This document shows positions 1 through 16,400 of a DNA stretch of 64,000 nucleotides, piece after piece (the first letter of the stretch is position 1; every line of letters starts with the position of its first letter). The position numbers and the translations under genes were made by a program. This DNA comes from the human T2T-CHM13v2.0 reference genome, Homo sapiens, in assembly GCF_009914755.1 (NCBI RefSeq), contig NC_060929.1. One strand, written 5' to 3'. The notes beneath the pieces were generated by a model, which saw nothing but the letters and a program-made list of their open reading frames with translations, did not search any database and was not told the origin of the DNA.

Positions 1-182
1 GAAACTGCTTTATAAGATTAGTCAGGGGACCAGCATGACAGTGAGGTAAGTTGCTCCCTGCTATAACCATTTGTACTTGCATTATCAGTTTACTTATGAA
101 GGTTCCACACTTCCAATATATTTCTTTTTATAAAACATAAGATTTTGGTGGAGGGGAAGAACTAATTAACTTTTTAGAATGA

Positions 183-674
<492 letters not shown>

Positions 675-1069
675 TAGTCATCTTTAACACATACAGATAA
701 AGCATAATGAAAGTTAGCTTAGATCAAAATAGATCATTGTTTTTCAATGCTAGTTTTAAACCACCAGTGTCAGAACCTCTTATGTGGTGGATTGTTTAAA
801 ATACAGATTCTTAGATGTTAACCTTATTATTGCAACAGTTTCCCCTGGACATCCTTGTGAATTAAATATGCAAGACTAAGGAAGTTTATTTTAATATTTG
901 ATAGTAAACTCTCTAAAACAAAATATGAGGATTACTTATTAATACTACTATTTTAAATTGTTATTAGCTCAAATTGGATAAGAGAATTCTGTTTTCCCCA
1001 TTAAAGAATGAACTCTTATTTTTTGTAAGTACACTCAAAACTCCAGGCTTTCACTTCAAGAAAACATAC

Positions 1070-1548
<479 letters not shown>

Positions 1549-2007
1549 TAGAGTTTATGATACAATCACCCAATGCAAATGCAACAGTAATTCTCATTAG
1601 AAATTATATTGTTTAGGGAAAGCTGGTGGGGAAGAGGAGAGAAATGATAGAAGAATAGAATGGGGGGTTGGATCTGAAAAGGACAGGAGAACAATGGAAG
1701 AGAGGGTAGTTAATTTCCATTTGAAATTATCTGGTCTGGTCTTCTGGGAGGTATCTCTAATTTTTTAAAACAAAGCAAGAAAATAGACAACCCATTTACC
1801 TATATAGAAAGCCTTTTCATTTATTTAACTAAAATTAATTTTACCAAATGAGATTTTATTATATAGCTTTTAGATGATTCAACTCTATAGGGAAAATTAA
1901 AAGTTTGTTTAGATAACTGCCAAAAATAAGCTGTGATACTAAACCAGATGATTCATGGATAATGCTTGAAAAATATTTTTCTAACTGCTGGTTATATTGG
2001 TTGTTGA

Positions 2008-2318
<311 letters not shown>

Positions 2319-2400
2319 GGTTGCTGATTTTATTTTTTAAAGTCATCTACATTTAAGTTAGCATAATATAGCAGCTAGAAGTATTTTACACTAAAACTGT

Positions 2401-2476
2401 GTATTAAAAATATTTCATGTTTCATGCTTTCATATTTCATGTTTCATGAAGTATTAAAAATATTTCATGTTTCATG
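2401..2476. repeat. 26-bp direct repeat (50-bp period) built on TTTCATG units
   Basis: gtattaaaaatatttcatgtttcatg at 2401-2426 and 2451-2476. Confidence 0.9.
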
Positions 2477-2604
2477 AACAAAAAAAAATTTTGTTCAGTG
2501 AATCATCCCCTTTGGCCCACATTAGGATAACTTCTCATCTTTTTTCCTATTAATGATAAAAATTGGGACACAGCATAATGGAATTATTATTAATTTTTTA
2601 CCAG

Positions 2605-2700
2605 AAGAGAGAAAAATTACATGATGAAGAAGAAAGAAAAAGTGCCTGGGTTAGCCAAGAGAGACAGAGAACACTGGATAGACTTCGAACATTTAAACAG
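2605..2700 (+). CDS. JMY: JMY internal coding exon (96 nt, phase 0-0), KREKLHDEEERKSAWVSQERQRTLDRLRTFKQ
   Basis: Acceptor ttttaccag| ending 2604, donor |gtatta at 2701; splices in frame to the exon at 4458; peptide recognised as JMY. Confidence 0.95.
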
Positions 2701-3356
2701 GTATTAAAAGTAATGGTCCATTTATTGTTTTTCTTTTTTTTTTTTTTTAACAGAGCTACATATACACCTGTAGGATTTCTTTGTGGGAAAAACTTGGTTT
2801 TCCCTTATTTATAAACTATTATAACCATGGAAGTCCTTTTTAAAATTGTTTTAATGGCATGGCTCCATTTCCTCTGGTGGTTTTCCGAATTTAGTATTCT
2901 TGTGACCTTTGACCCACAGCTTCAGTAGTATAAGAGGAATGATAAGGGCCTCTGGGAAACCTAGATTCCTCTTGAGTTTAAAAAATTAGTTAAATCACAA
3001 CTGACTATCCAGCTCAAGCATCAGCTTGTTATTTATTCCACATACATCAGCCTGTGGTGGTAATACATCAAATGACCATTGGCAGAATTAGAGGTGGAGG
3101 GGAGCAGCATATTTGAGAAATGCTTCAGCAGTTCTCTTGCCAGGGTAAGCCATGACCACACACTGATACCACAGTATCCACACATCTCCTCAGAACTGTG
3201 CTGAAGCCTCACAGTTCTCATTTTTAAAGTACTCTGGAGCCTTACTTCAGTTATGCATGCTGAAGGATCACTTTGTAGGTGAAGTAGGCTTTTGAACAAG
3301 TGTTACAGTGGAAAAAAAGGAGGTGAGGCAGGGGAAAAGCCTTGTTATTAAGTAAA

Positions 3357-3645
<289 letters not shown>

Positions 3646-4053
3646 TTACCATGGTAAAATATATATAAGAGTTCTACCAGTAAGTACTGAAAAAAATGTA
3701 TTTCTCTCTTCATTCTGTCATAAAATGGATATGTAGTTGATGGAGCTTTTTAAAAATGCCAAGTAACCTGTTAAAGAATATTTTAATTTTCTCGTGTGTG
3801 CATTTGAAAACATAGGAAACTTTTTGCATACCAGTAGCATTTATACATTTGACATCACTTATGTTTTGCATTTTACATGCTATTTGTTTTATACATTTAG
3901 TAGTTTTATTCACTAAAAATCTTTTTTTAATCATAATTTTGAATATTTGAATTATCAATCGTGGATTTGATAGGCAAATAATAAATTCATAATTGTTTGT
4001 AAGCTATTATTAGGTACTTTCGGATTTTCTGTATAACTTTAAGGGTGAAATAA

Positions 4054-4426
<373 letters not shown>

Positions 4427-4457
4427 TAACCAGTTCCAATAACTTCTGGTATTTTAG

Positions 4458-5052
4458 AGGTATCCTGGGCAAGTCATACTTAAATCAACCAGATTACGAC
4501 TAGCTCATGCAAGAAGAAAAGGTGCAGCAAGTCCTGTTCTCCAAGAGGATCATTGTGACTCTTTACCAAGTGTGTTACAGGTAGAAGAGAAAACTGAAGA
4601 GGTGGGAGAAGGAAGAGTCAAGCGTGGGCCATCACAGACAACAGAACCCCAGAGCCTTGTGCAACTTGAAGATACTTCATTAACACAACTTGAAGCCACC
4701 TCATTACCTCTCAGTGGTGTTACCTCTGAACTGCCTCCCACTATATCTCTTCCACTTTTGAATAACAACCTCGAACCATGTTCTGTTACCATAAATCCAC
4801 TCCCATCCCCTCTTCCTCCAACACCACCACCTCCCCCACCTCCTCCCCCTCCCCCACCACCACCACCTCTGCCTGTTGCTAAGGACAGTGGCCCAGAGAC
4901 ACTGGAGAAAGATCTGCCTAGAAAGGAGGGGAATGAGAAGAGGATCCCAAAGTCAGCCAGTGCCCCCTCAGCACACCTCTTTGACAGCAGCCAGCTGGTC
5001 AGTGCACGGAAGAAGCTCAGAAAGACTGCTGAAGGTTTGCAGAGGAGGAGAG
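4458..5052 (+). CDS. JMY: JMY coding exon (595 nt): RYPGQVILK... poly-proline tract, first WH2 motif and basic NLS-like segment
   Basis: Acceptor attttag| ending 4457; same frame as ORF 4572..5090; 15-Pro run; LFDSSQLVSARKKLRKT WH2 motif; donor |gtacgt at 5053 (phase 1). Confidence 0.97.
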
Positions 5053-6200
5053 GTACGTCAACATATTTTCATGGTCCATCTGTTGTATGACATCAGGCAT
5101 AGTAAAAAACTATATTTTTTGACGTTGCAAAGCTTAAAACACTTTATTTTTGACATTATTTGATAGTAAACAGGTTTTCAAAGTCACACTAGAGGAGAAT
5201 TCTTAGTGCATAAAGTACACAGAAATGTATGCCTTCTTGGGCTGTTAGGCATGTTTTAAAAACAGATCTTCTAAAGTGATACATTCATGTTTGGTAATGT
5301 ATAATGGGTGGCTCCTTTTGTGTTAGGGAAAAAGTTTTGATTTTAAACCTGAGATTTTTAAAAAAATACTCATATCAGAAAGGGTAAGATATCTGGTAAG
5401 GACTGTCACCACAGGGAAGACATTGGCAGGATCATGTAACATTTGTTCATACATTTGTTGAGGACTTTTGTGTATTTGTATAAAGAAGCAAAGAAGAACA
5501 GGGAGTAATCTGTTCAACTTACAATGTGACAGATGTGCCTCAATAAGGTTACTATTTTTTTTTCTAATTTTTTTTGTTAAGAGAGATTCAAGCACAAATA
5601 AAATTATTTCTAAAAAGAGCAGAGAATAACCCTTGCCTTTTGCCTTTAAGGAATTTGCATTTTGCATGGGGAGAACATTATATAAATGTTACATATTACT
5701 TGTATATTACATTTTAACCTGAAGGACCATTCTATAAAACATTTCTTGATGTAATCTGAGTAGGATTTCACATGTAAAACAACTAAATGAAAAAAGCACA
5801 GTCTCCATAATAAACAAAAATTAATTTTTAAAAACAAAATGTGTAACCCCATCACTCTGAATTTGGGTGGAGCAACTGCAATATGGAAATCCTTTGGGAA
5901 TCACACCCATAATACTACTAAGACCACCTCCCAGTTCCCAATCTGGTCACTTCTCTCATGTAGGAAATGATAGGAATACCAACAGTACCCACCATGGATT
6001 GGGTCTTGGGATTTTCTAAAAAGAAGGATAATTAGGATCCCTTGTGTTCTGATCACCTTCTGCACACATTTCATGATCCATTTTGAAGATGGTGTTTCAG
6101 CGTCCTGTGCTTTCACAGTTGCGAACGGTAGAGGTTATACAGTTTCATTCTAATTAAGTGCAGTCCTAACTGTAATACTGTTCTGTTTCATTTTCCAAAG

Positions 6201-6508
6201 TGAGCTCACCCATGGATGAGGTGCTAGCCTCCTTGAAGCGTGGTAGTTTTCATCTGAAAAAGGTTGAACAGCGAACTCTGCCTCCTTTTCCTGATGAAGA
6301 TGATAGTAATAATATCTTGGCACAAATAAGGAAAGGGGTAAAATTGAAGAAGGTACAGAAGGATGTTTTGAGAGAATCCTTCACACTTCTACCCGATACA
6401 GACCCTCTAACACGGAGCATCCATGAAGCTCTTAGAAGAATTAAAGAAGCATCCCCAGAGTCAGAGGACGAAGAGGAGGCTTTACCTTGCACAGACTGGG
6501 AGAACTAA
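6201..6508 (+). CDS. JMY: JMY last coding exon: WH2-b, WH2-c, central and acidic (Arp2/3-binding) motifs, ends ...EEEALPCTDWEN*
   Basis: Acceptor ttttccaaag| ending 6200; G|TG completes Val across the phase-1 intron; two LKKV WH2 motifs; acidic tail with Trp typical of WASP-family nucleation-promoting factors; TAA 6506-6508. Confidence 0.97.
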
Positions 6509-6825
6509 CAAGTAAACGGCCTTATTGTCTTTAGTAGCATTCAGTAATACAGGTTTTATATCGGATGATGAGGTTTGGGGTATTTTTTATTGAGCCTGAG
6601 GCATATCGTTTGTTTTATAACCCAATTTTAGCATGGATCACAAATTTATGAACTTCAGGTTTTACTTAATTCTGTAGTTTCTAGAAACTTAAGATAACTT
6701 TTTAATGATTATTGCTATGTAAATACTATTTTTAAAAATGTCCTCCTCATTAAAAATTTCTGCTATACAGCTGTAATTGCAAGTAAAGTGACAGTCTCAT
6801 TCTTGCCCTAAAAAAACAGAAAAGG

Positions 6826-7250
6826 GCCTGGCACAGTGGCTCACACCTGTAGTTCTAGCACTTTGGGAGGCTGAAGCAGGCAGATCACTTGAGGTCAGGA
6901 GTTCAAGACTAGCCTGGCCAACATGGTGAAACCTCTTCTCTACTAAAAATATAAAAATTAGCCGGGCGTGGTGGCGGGCATCTGTAATCCCAGCTACTCG
7001 AGAGGCTGAGGCAAGAGAATCACTTGAACCCAGGAGGCGGAGGTTGCAGTGAGCTGAGATCGTGCCACTGCCCTGGGCAACAGAGTGAGACTCAGTCTTA
7101 AAAAAAAAAAAAAAAAAAAAAAAAAGGCTTTCCAGGTTCAGTGGTTCGCTTCTGTAGTCCCAGTTACTCAGAGGTTGAGGCATGAGGATCTCTTGAGCCC
7201 AGGCGTTCAAATCCGGCCTGGGCAATATAGCAATACCCCGTCTGTAAAAA
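6826..7250 (+). mobile_element. Alu (6826-7125) followed by FLAM-like monomer (7134-7250)
   Basis: Sense Alu motifs, long poly-A. Confidence 0.92.
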
Positions 7251-7902
7251 GAAATCAATACGTCAATTTTTTTTTTTAATGCAAAGCCTTTTCTGACAAA
7301 GTATTTCAGTAACAAACTGTTATGCACACTGAATTTTGATGTCATGTTAGCTGACCTCAAAGGAGTTTTCTAAGATCATTCTGGAAAAATTGTTGCATTG
7401 TCTGATTATTTAACTTTCTAAACCCTTAAAAAAAACTACTTATTGTCACAGTTACTGTATTATCTAGACAAATTTGCAGGTATCATTAATATATAAAAAT
7501 TATCTACATATCTAATGAATACTCCTATACATATTAAGATTCTCTTTGGTTACACATGTAGCATTCTCCTAATATAATAGAGAGCTATAGTCTACTACAT
7601 TTTAATATACTAATTATAGAGTAATATGGCACAGATTACACCAAATATATAGAAACATTAAAGATAACATGGTATAAATTAAACAGTATATCAAATTTAT
7701 AATGATGGTAACTGAAATGTTGTAATTTGTATAAAATTTATAGAGTATACAAACATGTTCTATTAATTATTATTCTTTCTTGATGGAATATGTTTCTCTA
7801 GGCTTCAAACATTCACCAAAGTAGGGAAGACTTGAGTCCTAGAAGGGAATAAGTAAAGGAATAATTAATTCATGTGTTAGCCCTGTGAATTATTTTTGTT
7901 GA

Positions 7903-8538
<636 letters not shown>

Positions 8539-8946
8539 TAGATCTAATGTATATGCAAGTACACATCTAGATTTTGAAGACATAATATAAAAATGTAATG
8601 TATGTCAGTTTTTAAACAACTGATTACATATTGAAAGATTCTATTAGTTACATTAGGTAAAATATTACTGAAAGCAGTTTCACCTGTTCCTTTGGGTATG
8701 GGTTCATTAGGTAAATATTCCTGTAGTACCTCTCCACCAGCATCTGCATCAATCAATAACTTAAAAAGGGTAATATTACATTCACCATGATTCAGCCAAC
8801 ATTCAGTAGTAGCATTATCCTGCTTTTTTTCCTATTATGTATACAGTTACATGTAACAGTCACTTTGTATGACTTATGTTTTTGGATCCCAAAGTAACTT
8901 CGAGTTATTTTTGCTTGTACATATGTCCACTATGCTTTGTAAAGGA

Positions 8947-8989
<43 letters not shown>
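8947..8989. repeat. Compound (AT)n(AG)n microsatellite
   Basis: Read directly from the sequence. Confidence 0.97.
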
Positions 8990-9745
8990 TGCATATCAGT
9001 TTGTGAATGTCTAGACTCTCAGGTATGTCTAACTGGGAATCTTTTCCATAGTGGATATTTGTAGGTTGTCTCCCACTTTACAGTTCTTACTACCATGTGT
9101 TGTTTCCTTCTGCTGTAGCTTCTCAGGAAGCTGCTTAAGCTTGTGCCTAAAACTACCATCTTTGCACTGACTAATTCCACAGCTGGACCTTCACATAAAT
9201 GTGTGTTTAGCTCTTTCATTACAGATGGTCCACAGTGGCCCATTCACAGCACACCAGCAGCTGCTCAAGTCAGCCTATCCTTGTCTGTCTCCTCCCATCC
9301 CACCATATCCTGCCTAACCCTAGACATTGCATCAGCATTTTGTATACTCAAGTGGCTGGGATGTTACTCATAGCTTCTGGCTACTAATTTAGCCTTAGTA
9401 TCAGATGTTAACATGGTGCATGGTGTATACACTTTGAAAATTGCTTAAAACTTTTTTCGGGGGTGTGGGAGACGGCTGATGGCTGGAATATGTGGTACAA
9501 TGTTGAGAGAGAAACAGTGAAACACTTAGAAAATATATGAGCTTGGAAGTTTGCAGTCTCCCTTTACTAAATGTGTGCTAACCCAGAAGCAAACCATAGA
9601 CTAGTATGGACTGATTAGGCAGTGATGAAGTAGCTGTGTATCACTACTTTGTGATCATGGAGACTAAAAGGCTGTGAACTTTTTATCTACAAATGGCTAA
9701 GAAGGCTTTACCGCAATTTGTATTTCCCATTAATTTATTAGATTC

Positions 9746-10786
<1,041 letters not shown>

Positions 10787-10824
10787 CCCTGTAGGAGTCT
10801 TCTAAAGTAACTATAGCAATGTAG

Positions 10825-11258
10825 TTCAAAGGAAATATAGTTTGAGACATGTAATTTTAAAATGTCCAATAGTCACATCAAAAATGAAAAGGAACATGTG
10901 AAACTGATGTTTGTAATATTTTATTTGACACAATGTAGCCAAAGTAGTATCCTTCAACACATAATCAACATTAAAAACTAAGGACATTGCTTTCTATTTC
11001 TTTTTTTCACACTAAGTCTTCAAAATTCAGTGTATGTTTTATATATACTAGTAGCACATCTCAGTTTGAATGCTAAGGATCTGATACTTAATGAGAAATG
11101 TCCTACCAAAACAGCAAAATTGTATTTAATGGAAAAATAGTACTTACTGTTTTAGATTTTTAAATCAAACTGGATTTAAATCAAACTAGATCAGTCACAC
11201 TAGACACATATCAAGTGCTCATTAGCCACATGTAGCTACAGTATTAGAAAATGCAGAA
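10825..11258. mobile_element. hAT-Charlie non-autonomous DNA transposon (MER33/Charlie5-like)
   Basis: Motifs ctaagtcttcaaaattcagtgtatgtttt, agcacatctcagtttg and tcaagtgctcattagccacatgtagcta. Confidence 0.7.
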
Positions 11259-13267
11259 CTGTATTAAGTTGGTACTTTATTCATGTTCCTGTCAGCTTTT
11301 ATCTGAAGAGTATGTCTTTTATATAAATGCTCCTGTGCTTTGGGTACGCCCCATAGATCTTAAGCACAACACTTTTCAATAAAATGCCCGGGTGAAGTAT
11401 CCATTTAAAGATTGGTATTAATCCTGTCCTCTAAATGTTAGTCTAACAAAAACAGTTTCTACTGCATTTTGAAGACACCATTTAGTTGTTCTTACTCTAG
11501 TAGCAGTTTATGGGGCAAATAGTTTAGACTGAATTTACCTTTTTAGTATATAGTTTTCATACAGTGTTAGAGTAAAAATAATAAAAATGAAAATCTAATA
11601 GTCTTTTAAAAGTGATCAAAATCTGTATTTAGATTATTTTGTTTTCATTTTTACTGCTTTAAGAATACAGTCATGGCCTTTTGTAAAAAATGTCTTTTTT
11701 ACACTTTTTGAGGGAACGTAAATACACTGTATCTTTAAAGGGTCTTTTTTTTAATGGTCTGTATTATTTTGTTTGTAAACAGGTGACATAACAGAAGAAA
11801 AATATCATTCAAGATTGGTTCTGATTCTTTTGGAAAATGACAGTTTAAGCACTTGGTTCCTCAGTTGGATAACATTAGATCCAAAGTGCATTGGTTCAGT
11901 GGTGTGAAGAAAGGAAGCACAATTGGCAGGTTATCACTTTCCAGTCGTTCCAATAGATGATGGTTAACATGAATTTTACATGTGCAATGTTCCTGACTGC
12001 AATGAAGAAAAGGCCTTCTGGAGATTTCTGTTTTTTAAGCACATTCTCCTTCCATCCACATATTTACATCCTTGTAATGGCCAGTTAAGCTAGGGCTTGC
12101 TGTAAGTTGGAAGAACACTGGGTTGACAGAGATCTACTGTGAGCTGTATTGGGACTGCTTTGAGAACCATCTTTCAATGCACTGAAAAGTCATCTGAAAA
12201 AATAGCTTCTTCCATATCAGCTTATATTAAATACTGTGACACTCTGAGAAAGTTTATCATCATGATAGCTGTAAGTCAGGCATTAAAATCAAATGGAAAT
12301 ACACCTAAAATGTCCGCATTACTCATTTCCAAAGGATTTTTCATAAAGATGTTCAGCAACATCTGAAAAGCTGCATTTATGGAGATACATCTATTAATAT
12401 GTTCACAACATGATACATTTAACATGGCATATTTTTAGGAGTCTTATACTTTGTAAGGTTTTGAAGTTTCCGTGCTTTTAAATCACTCTTCATATTTCTT
12501 GAATTTATAATAGTTTGAATTTTATGTGCATCCTTGTTTATGGAAGGCAGTACTTTGATAATATTTCAAATTATTTTTATTTTGTTTGAATTATTGCTTG
12601 ATTGCTATGACTGACATGACTTTCCTATTGAGAATCAAAAATCAAGATTCAATCATAGGGATGCAGATCTTAACTCTTTTCACAAATTACCATTTTAAGT
12701 TTTTATTTTTATGCTCCACAGTGAAAAGCATGTGCTCTACAAAGATAGAAAGTAGAGACAAGTCTCCGTGGCTGGCATTTCACCATCTTCACATGCACTG
12801 AATGGAATTTTGGGAGAATGCCTTTGTTATAGTCACTAAAATTTTAAACTTATACACAGCTTTAGGTGCTGATTTTGGCTGTGATGGAGTCCTGAAGGAC
12901 ACATTTATATGTTCCAGATTTTCAGCAGGATTGTTGTGGGCTTGAATACATGTAGATCATTGGACTCAGTGTGCAGTACCCTGTACATATAATTCTGCAT
13001 AAGACAGATCTTGGCCTTTCTGTGGAGGGAGTTAAGAACTAAAATACCAAAAATCACTTTATTTCTTTTAAGACAATTATCTGGCCTAAACCCAGAAAGC
13101 AGTACTGGAGCAAAAGCCCAGTGTATATGAATTGGTATTCCTAGAGAAAAAAAGAAATGCTCACACCTTTGTTATTTTAAAGTGTTTTCTTGAAAATAAT
13201 TAGGGAGAAAATTTTCTGGCAACAGGTTATGTAAGACAACAACTTTTTTTATTATTTCAAAACAAAA

Positions 13268-13428
13268 CAGGCACATGCCACCATGCCCCAGCTAATTTTT
13301 ATATTTTTTATAGAGACAGGGTTTTGCCATGTTGCCCACGCTGGTCTTGAACTCCTGGACTCAAGCAATCTGCCAGCCTCGGCCTGCTAAAGTGCTAGGA
13401 TTATAGGCGTGAGCCTCTGTGCCCAGCC
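13268..13428 (-). mobile_element. Partial antisense Alu inside the JMY 3' UTR
   Basis: Linker plus left-arm Alu motifs. Confidence 0.9.
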
Positions 13429-16400
13429 TGACAAAATCTTTTATTTATTTAAATGTTAGTAATACGTTTATTGATGAGACTAGGAGCTTCTCTGCAGCAT
13501 CTTCATAATACATTGGTTTTAGTTCCCACACTATTCCCACATCTTATCTGGGAAGATTAGAAATACAGATGTAATATGGAAGCTTCAACAGCATGGGGGT
13601 GGTGATAGTGTCCTATTTGCCCTTGGTAAAATATTAAAGCGTATTTCTTAACCCAAAGAGTGATTGGTTATATGAATATATTTGAAAAAGTTAAAGCAAA
13701 TTTGCAAACCTTTACAAAATCATGTATCAATTTTATGCTATCCAGTTTTTACGTACCCATGTGTCAACATTTCATATATCCAGTTCTTTGGGTGCTGGTT
13801 CACTTTTTTTCATTTATTCAAATTCAGAAAAATACGGACGGATCTAATGTTAAATTAACCAGAAACCCTGGAACATTCATATCTTGAGAGGGAATTTGCT
13901 ACTCTTTTACTTTTGGGATTTCATTATAAAATAGGCTCATTTTATACATATGTCCTGTGGTCTGTCTTCCAGAGTGTGCTGTAATCATAAGTCTCTAGCA
14001 AAGAGTGGAGGGTGGAGGGTGTGTAGAACTCCACTCAGCCTCATGGATACATCTACAAGTCTCTCAACCCATCCTGTTACAGTTCTCCATGAGAGTCACC
14101 TCACACTTGGAAAAGAAGGAGGTTAAAGCAGAGTATTGTTGGCAGCCAGCTATGCCCATCCTCTTGTAAATAACTTTCCAACACACCCATTTCCTTGCCT
14201 TAAGGTGCAGGTTCCTACTTCTACAAAATTTCAAATGATTGCAGGTCAAAAACCTTTGGAGTTACTCACAAATAATAATAAAATTTCAAATAACTAGGGT
14301 CTACTTGTCCATCAAGATGACATTACCAGTGGAACCCACCTGTTAATTTTAAAGTAGCTTCAGAACCCAACAAAAATTATGTAAGCCTGGTTAAATGTCC
14401 TTTTTTCTTCTTGCCTCTAATAAAATCAGGATCTTCGGCCTTGATACTAAATATGTGTATATTTAGTTATGATGGTACTTGTAGATGCTCACATTTCCAG
14501 TTCCAAACTCGCCCGTACTTTTTATGTGCTTCAAAATATTGGACACATTTCTGTTAATATATGATTTCTGTATCCACAAACCGCTGTTTGCTTATGCTGA
14601 GTCAATTTAGAAGTTAATTTCCAATCTAGTCTCAACTGCAATGCATTTAAAATAGGTAAAACAAGTAAATGAGTTTGGGACATTTTGAGATTAATGTTAC
14701 TGCCCACTTGACTGTCAATTTCAAATGGCTCCTAATGCAACCAAAATTATAACCAATGTAGCATGTGTAGGAAAGGTATTTTTAATTATTTAAAATCATT
14801 GTGTATATTACAGCAGTATGAGGAATGCCTGGCTAAAGAGGATTTTTTAAAAGATGAAGAATGGTTTTGCTTGTATTATATAGGCTTACTGAGTTTGTGA
14901 GCAGCATAAAAACAATCATTCCTTAATTCTTCATTGTGGAACTGAAATATTTCTGTAATGCATTTTTTAAAAGGAGACTCCTAGACACAGCTGTAATAGT
15001 GGGAATAGAAATGTAGAGCTTTTCTCATAACACAAAACCAGAAAATAATTTTCAGCACTTTGACTTACTCTATGTAATAAGGAAAAAAATTGTTTCCACA
15101 AAGTTGAACTATGTAGTAATATTTGGTAACATATGGCATGGCCACTTTATATCACAGAATGTGTGTCAAGTTGCAAAGCATACTTGGGCCATAGCAGACA
15201 CTAAGAATTAAAACTCTTAAATCAGTGAAACAAAAACTAATGGGCAGCATTCTCTCTGTTTGGAATGGGATCAGTATACAATTAATACAATTTAATTTTA
15301 CACATTCCCTAAGACACCATTTTTAAGTTACAGTCACATGAGTGTTTGTATAAATTTAAGTCAATGCTTTTAGCCTAGGCAAAGCTAAATACAAGGTTTT
15401 TGGGGTTTTCTTTTTTCAGCTTTATTATTGAAGTATTACAAACTTAACATCAGATACCAATGTGTAAAAAGTACTATTGGGTCCTTAAGGGCTCTATCAG
15501 GGAGTTGAAATTTCATACGCTTTACCAGGTTACTTGTAAAAAATGAACAGCTGTAAGACATTTCAAAACCATTGCAGACACATTGTTAAAATGCAGCCAT
15601 TTGATAATGAAAGCAGAAACCTTAAGTTTTACCTAATTATTGCACTAAATGTAAATGATAACATAAAATTAAGTGTGCATTTTAAACAGATTCTATTTCC
15701 CACTTACTGCTTAGCATAGAAAAAGAGCTATGGTTAGAGGAGTGACCAGCAAGATTTATTTCAGATGGAAAAGGGGTGAGAAAGTGGAAGCACCTTACTG
15801 TTAGAGCATGTTGCATCTATTTAGTGCTACTGAACAATTCAGTAGTTATTTCTGAACTTTGCTGCAAAGTGCTCTTTAGTTAAAGCACATTAAGAAGGGT
15901 CACTGCTTAATTGCTTTGTAAAATGAAGCAATGGTATTTTTTATCCGATATAGTGTAATTTAAAAGTTTTCCTACAAAGTGAGTTTATATTGTTGCCTAA
16001 ACTATGTTATGTAAGCAAAGGTTTTGGAAAGGCGGGAGGGAGTCTAGATTCGGCGAGAGTGTGCGTTTGTGTGTGTGAATGTATGAAAAGTTTCCCCATT
16101 GGGTTATTCTTAAGATGTGTTTATTGTAAAGTTTTCTACGTTTTGCCCACAGTAAATGTACAACTTCGCAATTGTAGGATTTAATTGATTGAATTCCAAA
16201 TTTATACTGTCTCTTCCCTTCTGCAGAGACATTATGCCACTGTAAGGTGCATGTACAGAAAATACCTCTGAGGTTGACTTGTTAAATAACTGATGAATGT
16301 TATTTCACACTGAATCTCAAAGCAGTCATTTGTTTTGCGGGTTAGGGGAAAGTTTTGTTTTTTGCTGGTGTTTTTTGTTGTTTTTAATTAGGCACACTAA

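Noticed and set aside
2401-2476. Direct repeats with a spacer as a CRISPR-like array
   Set aside because: Only two copies, the spacer is made of the same 7-mer unit, the context is a eukaryotic intron, and there are no cas genes.
5053-5090. Read-through of ORF 4572..5090 (GTSTYFHGPSVV*) as an alternative JMY C-terminus
   Set aside because: Lies past a good gtacgt donor; nothing in the sequence supports intron retention here.
4550-6492. Antisense and alternate-frame ORFs over JMY exons (4550-4792, 4876-5163, 6250-6492)
   Set aside because: Shadows of real coding sequence with no independent signals.
8651-8723. Short direct repeat cattaggtaaa(a)tatt, and a similar 16-bp duplication at ~11159-11190
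   Set aside because: Small local duplications in or beside old DNA-transposon fragments; no further structure.
9019-9373. ORFs in a GC-moderate intronic patch
   Set aside because: No recognisable homology or splice context; lengths within chance expectation.
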